A stretch of DNA of 64,000 nt. Origin: Phoronis australis (lineage: Eukaryota > Animalia > Phoronida). Location of the stretch: contig NMRA01000380.1 of assembly GCA_002633005.1 (NCBI GenBank), forward strand, positions 1-64,000, in the 5' to 3' direction. Shown piece after piece: positions 60,001-64,000 of this stretch. A model generated the notes under the pieces. The model was not told the DNA's origin, did not search any database, and worked only from the letters and a program-made list of their open reading frames with translations. The first letter of the stretch is position 1, and each line of letters begins with the position of its first letter. A program made the translations under genes and the position numbers.

Positions 60001-61946
60001 GTGCACTCCTCGTGGAAATGTGTTATACTCATCTTGGTCACGATGACATCAACGCCTTCAGATGTCAATACACATGTACAACTAGTTCGGTAACAACCTT
60101 TCGATAACATAAACTTCGTTGAAAACATGCTGTCACGTGCATTTCACTGTTTATTTCGCTATTTATATGTTCATTCCACTTATTTGGTGATGATGAGGCA
60201 CGCAGTATCGAAATATAGCTATTGTTTTAGATTGTTTGCTTGCTATGTTTCTCAGTGTTTTGCTATATAGCCTACATGTACAATACGTATAGCTACCCAC
60301 CTGAAGAAAGGAGATTGTTTCGACACTACAAGCGACTCAGTATTAAGCTTTCAAACAAAGATTTTAGTCGTGTTTTCAACGAAGCGTTCACACATGAAAA
60401 CCTTTAATACGAAAACTTGCTTTCGTATTGCAGGATGAGATGTGCTATGGGTTTATTGCGATTTTTCCGGCATCGGCAGCTAAACAGTTTAAGTACTGCA
60501 TCGACTTTGGGTCTGTAGACATGTGCGAAGAAGCTGGCAAAAATTTCAAGAACACGGTGATCGGAAAGTGCCACATGGGTGAATATCTTTACGAAGATTT
60601 ACCAAAGATTAGAGAAGATATGTTGTGGGTATGTATAATCCATTCACTCGTTGATCACGTGACAGGTTTGCCCTGTCCACCGCTAGGAACGGTATTGATC
60701 GTATCTCGCGGGAACACACCAGAAAACTCCAGCTGTCCCGCCATTCCAATCATTCAACGACGTTTCTCAGTTTTCAGAAGTGAAATTTTATGTTATTCAT
60801 TTTTGTTGCCATTTTGTTGGCGTTCCTCCAAATTATGAAATATTGAAATTTTATATTATCCTAGAATTTCTTTTCGACAGCCTGCGGTATGTCCAAATCG
60901 AATAAAAGCAGCAAACCTGGATTTTGAGGTATGTGTGTAAAGACGTGAGCTTTAGATATTCTCGTATTTTTGACTGTGGCAAGGCTTGAATAGGGCAAGC
61001 CCAAACGCCAAGTAAATTTGACGACCTGGGCGTCCTTTTCAAGCGTGTTGATAGAAATATCAAGTTCTATTTGAAAAATGTTGTTTGTGTGATAATTCAA
61101 GAGGTGAACTTTACACGCTTTTAATATTTCACCGAAAGGTGAAGGTCGAGAATCTAAAGACGCCAATCGAGTTTGATGAGCTTGGCCTCGCTTTCCCGCT
61201 TACTGAAAATTCATTTTATATTGAACTGAAAATCCATTATAAGGAAGATTTTTCATGTATTGATTATTCAGATAAACTGTCACTTTCAAATGAAAGAAAG
61301 TGTTGCGAAGATCTTCACCTCGAATATATAAAATAACTGCAGGAGTTCTGGTACGCGTTGTACCAGATGCTCTAGTGGCTTCAAATGCAATGATCACCTG
61401 GAGCCATTTTACGCTTTATCGATGTATAGTAAACACTGAGATTAGGAGCTAAAAACCTAACTGAACTGTTAGCAGTGTGTACCAATGGAACTCGCACCCA
61501 TGACCTTGAGTAAAAGAAATGGACATTTATCCCATTGGGCCACACTGTCTGCTCCAATAATTTACATTAAAAATCGTTACTCCTAAACTGCGTGTATCTT
61601 CAAGAGGCCATAGACAGCTTTGTCACCTTAGTGTACATAAGCTTGTTCGGACAAAAGTGAATGGAAGGCTCACTGAATTTGCTGCATTTCAGCGCTGCAA
61701 CGGTCTCAACGGGGAATGTCTCTCAACGTACAAAAATACGTCGACGAAAAACTCGCCAAAATGCCGTGCAGACAAGAGGCAGGGAACTTTCTGGTTTCGA
61801 AATGGATGCGAGGCAACAAATTTTTAAGGCAATTACATGATATAACCGAAGCCTGTAAACTGGTTAGACTAGACAACTCAGCTGCGCGGTACATAGGAGA
61901 ACTTCAGTTTTTTTGGGTCATTATTTTTGCCCGGGTCTTTTATTAG
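54070..61946 (+). pseudogene. B' : decayed duplicate of gene B (exons 2, 3, 8, 9, 10)
   Basis: Exon copies at 54764-54857, 55758-55895, 59590-59695, 60434-60628 and 61693-61946. Exon 1 is absent and exons 4-7 are replaced by a transposon remnant. Exon 10 has a 1-nt deletion in an A-run near 61732 (254 vs 255 nt). The downstream flank ~62230-62790 matches ~44200-44740. Confidence 0.88.
56045..59038 (-). mobile_element. Academ-like DNA transposon remnant
   Basis: Degenerate transposase GFHTETSF...VLETVYAPNSVIHML..KSVDKAVRGHMLVDSA on the minus strand; terminus starts TAGTTCAGTC at 59038; subterminal GCCAT(C/T)TTG repeats at 58540-58900. Confidence 0.6.
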
Positions 61947-64000
61947 ATGCATTTCTTTGACATCTTGAAACTGGGCGTTACTTTTGTATGTATAGGGCAT
62001 AATTATGAAGACTTGTCTAGGGTCGTCCAGTGTATATACGTGATGTTTTCAAGAAATTATGATCAGTGCCTATCAATTTCCCCATAAATTCTTTAATGAT
62101 GATGATTCTTTGTTTTATACCGAGTCCATTGATACAAAAACGGTGATTTTATGTACGTGTTGTTCACCGTAATATTAAGAGGGTGATTTCCCCAATGTAG
62201 TAATGAATTCTTAACCTCAATGTGAGCGTCTGATTTTGACTAGGATCTTGTCTCGCCAGGATACAGCTCTTGAACTCTGCCCACGAAACCGGTTACCTGG
62301 AAATGTAGGTCTAAGTTGTCTGTTTTCTTTGAAAGGTTTCATGAGCTAGTTTTATATGACCCGGCTACAACGTGATTGGTCCGAGCAAAACGAGGTCATA
62401 AGTTATCATTGAGTGTAGTAGGCCTACTCAAACCAAAAAAATTTACAAGTGATAAAACCGTCGTGTAATTTTAAGCATGCAATTTCAAAACCAGAATCGG
62501 TCGAGTATTGGGCGTATGCAGCTTTGTTGGCCTGGTATACTTACACGTAGGTCCAGTTGTATACACGCCGATTAGTTACATCCAAACTGCATTAAGGGCC
62601 GCCTCCCCATTGTAGGGAGCAATGAAGGTGACGTCATGAATATTCATTGGATACGAGTTTTGTACTACCCTTTGCAACCCTTACGTATAATTATGAATCT
62701 GGTTATCACTACAAAAATAGTGTTATTGTGCAACGATATTTGCGTCTTGATATACAGCCAACTGGGTTATGAAGTGACTTACTGCAGCGAACATATTCTG
62801 TATAACAATTTGATCGTTGCCAACTAGTCGAATTGAACAACATTTGAATTTTACTCAACAACTTCAGCCAACCTGTTCACATACTCATCAGACAATTTTA
62901 TCAGCAGGCTACACATCTATGTGTTTTTAAAGGCCTTATGTATTTTTATTAACGTGTTTAATTTAAAACGCATCAGACGCATTTGCACTTTAATACAATT
63001 TGTCACATCGCAATGTTTTTTCAACGTCACGATGCGGTTTTAATGTCGGGAATTGAATTTATAATCGAAATTTTAACCTAGAACACTTACGAAAATCTGA
63101 AGTTTTCTATTGTCCACGTAAAGATTTGTTTATGTTATTACACCACAGACTACATGTATGCGTTTTTAAAGACCATATACGTGTTTATCAACGACATGTA
63201 TAATTTAAAAAACATTACATGTGACCCATTTGCACTTTACTTCAATTTGTCAAATAGCGATGCATTTTTCATTACCGTGCTTCAGCTTCACGTTTAGTGT
63301 CGCGTACAATCGAAATCTCAGCCGGGGAATACACGGAGGCTTTGTAGTTAACTATTTCCTAGCGGAAGCATTTGTTTGCTTGGTTTCTTTTTTGAAATGA
63401 GAATTGCCAGCCAATGGACGACTTTATCTACATTTACAAGTCATACAATATCAGTCTTGAGTTTTTGCTCGTCGCTTGCCTGCAAACCGGCAATAAAATT
63501 ATTTACATTGTACGTGCAAACAAAAGTCGAAAAACGTAACAATTGTTAAGCGTTTTGTATCAGGAAATTCCAATGAGGACCAGAGATGTATAATCAGAAA
63601 ACATCATCTTTAGGATACTAATGCGCCTCCTGGTATCCTGGCTTTTTGGATTTTTAGGAGTTGTTGTGTATGTATGAATTAAACATGCGCAAACAAAGAT
63701 TTCTCTACGATTTGCAATTACCACTTGTATTAACTTGCGCAAGCTCGCATGGATCATTATAGTACTGTCTCGTTTAGCTGGCTAAAACACAAACATCAAA
63801 TTGGGCCTTTTAGATACATAAAATTTGTTCATCATATTCTTTATTGTTAAAGGATGTCGTTTTCATTGAGACCATCAGCGCATTATGATAACGTTTTTGG
63901 GATTGGCTAAGGCCAAAATTGCGAATTCGAAAACTTCGCATGAACACAATTCCTGCAACTTGAGTTGCCGAATCATTCGGCAAAGAGAAATGTTTCCTTA

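Noticed and set aside
47505-61946. Functional chimeric gene from A' exons 5-7 plus B' exons 8-10
   Set aside because: Phases would allow splicing, but exon 1 and the CuH His-His exon 4 are missing and exon 10 is frameshifted

Overview
AT-rich, repeat-dense eukaryotic DNA. It is probably from a marine invertebrate such as a lophotrochozoan (inferred from the temptin domain, the transposon types and the abundance of TACATGTA). The window holds a + strand tandem cluster of multi-exon genes encoding signal peptide + temptin-like Ca-binding domain + copper type II ascorbate-dependent monooxygenase (DBH/MOXD1/PHM family, no DOMON domain) + putative GPI-anchor signal. Gene A (9025-23581) has exons 1-9 and no visible terminal exon; a LINE insertion and an N lie just downstream. 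Gene B (29698-42745) is complete, with 10 exons and 556 aa by my manual splice. A second, decayed copy of the A-B pair follows: A' at ~46290-53135 and B' at ~54070-61946. Introns and spacers contain L1/Tx1 and L2/CR1-group LINE remnants, hAT, Academ, THAP/ISL2EU-like and Harbinger-like DNA transposon remnants, MITEs, tRNA-derived SINE heads and long hairpins. Comparing the duplicated copies shows repeated TA > TACATGTA (once TAGGCCTA) micro-insertions that look like transposon excision footprints. All exon models and family assignments were made by eye and not checked computationally.
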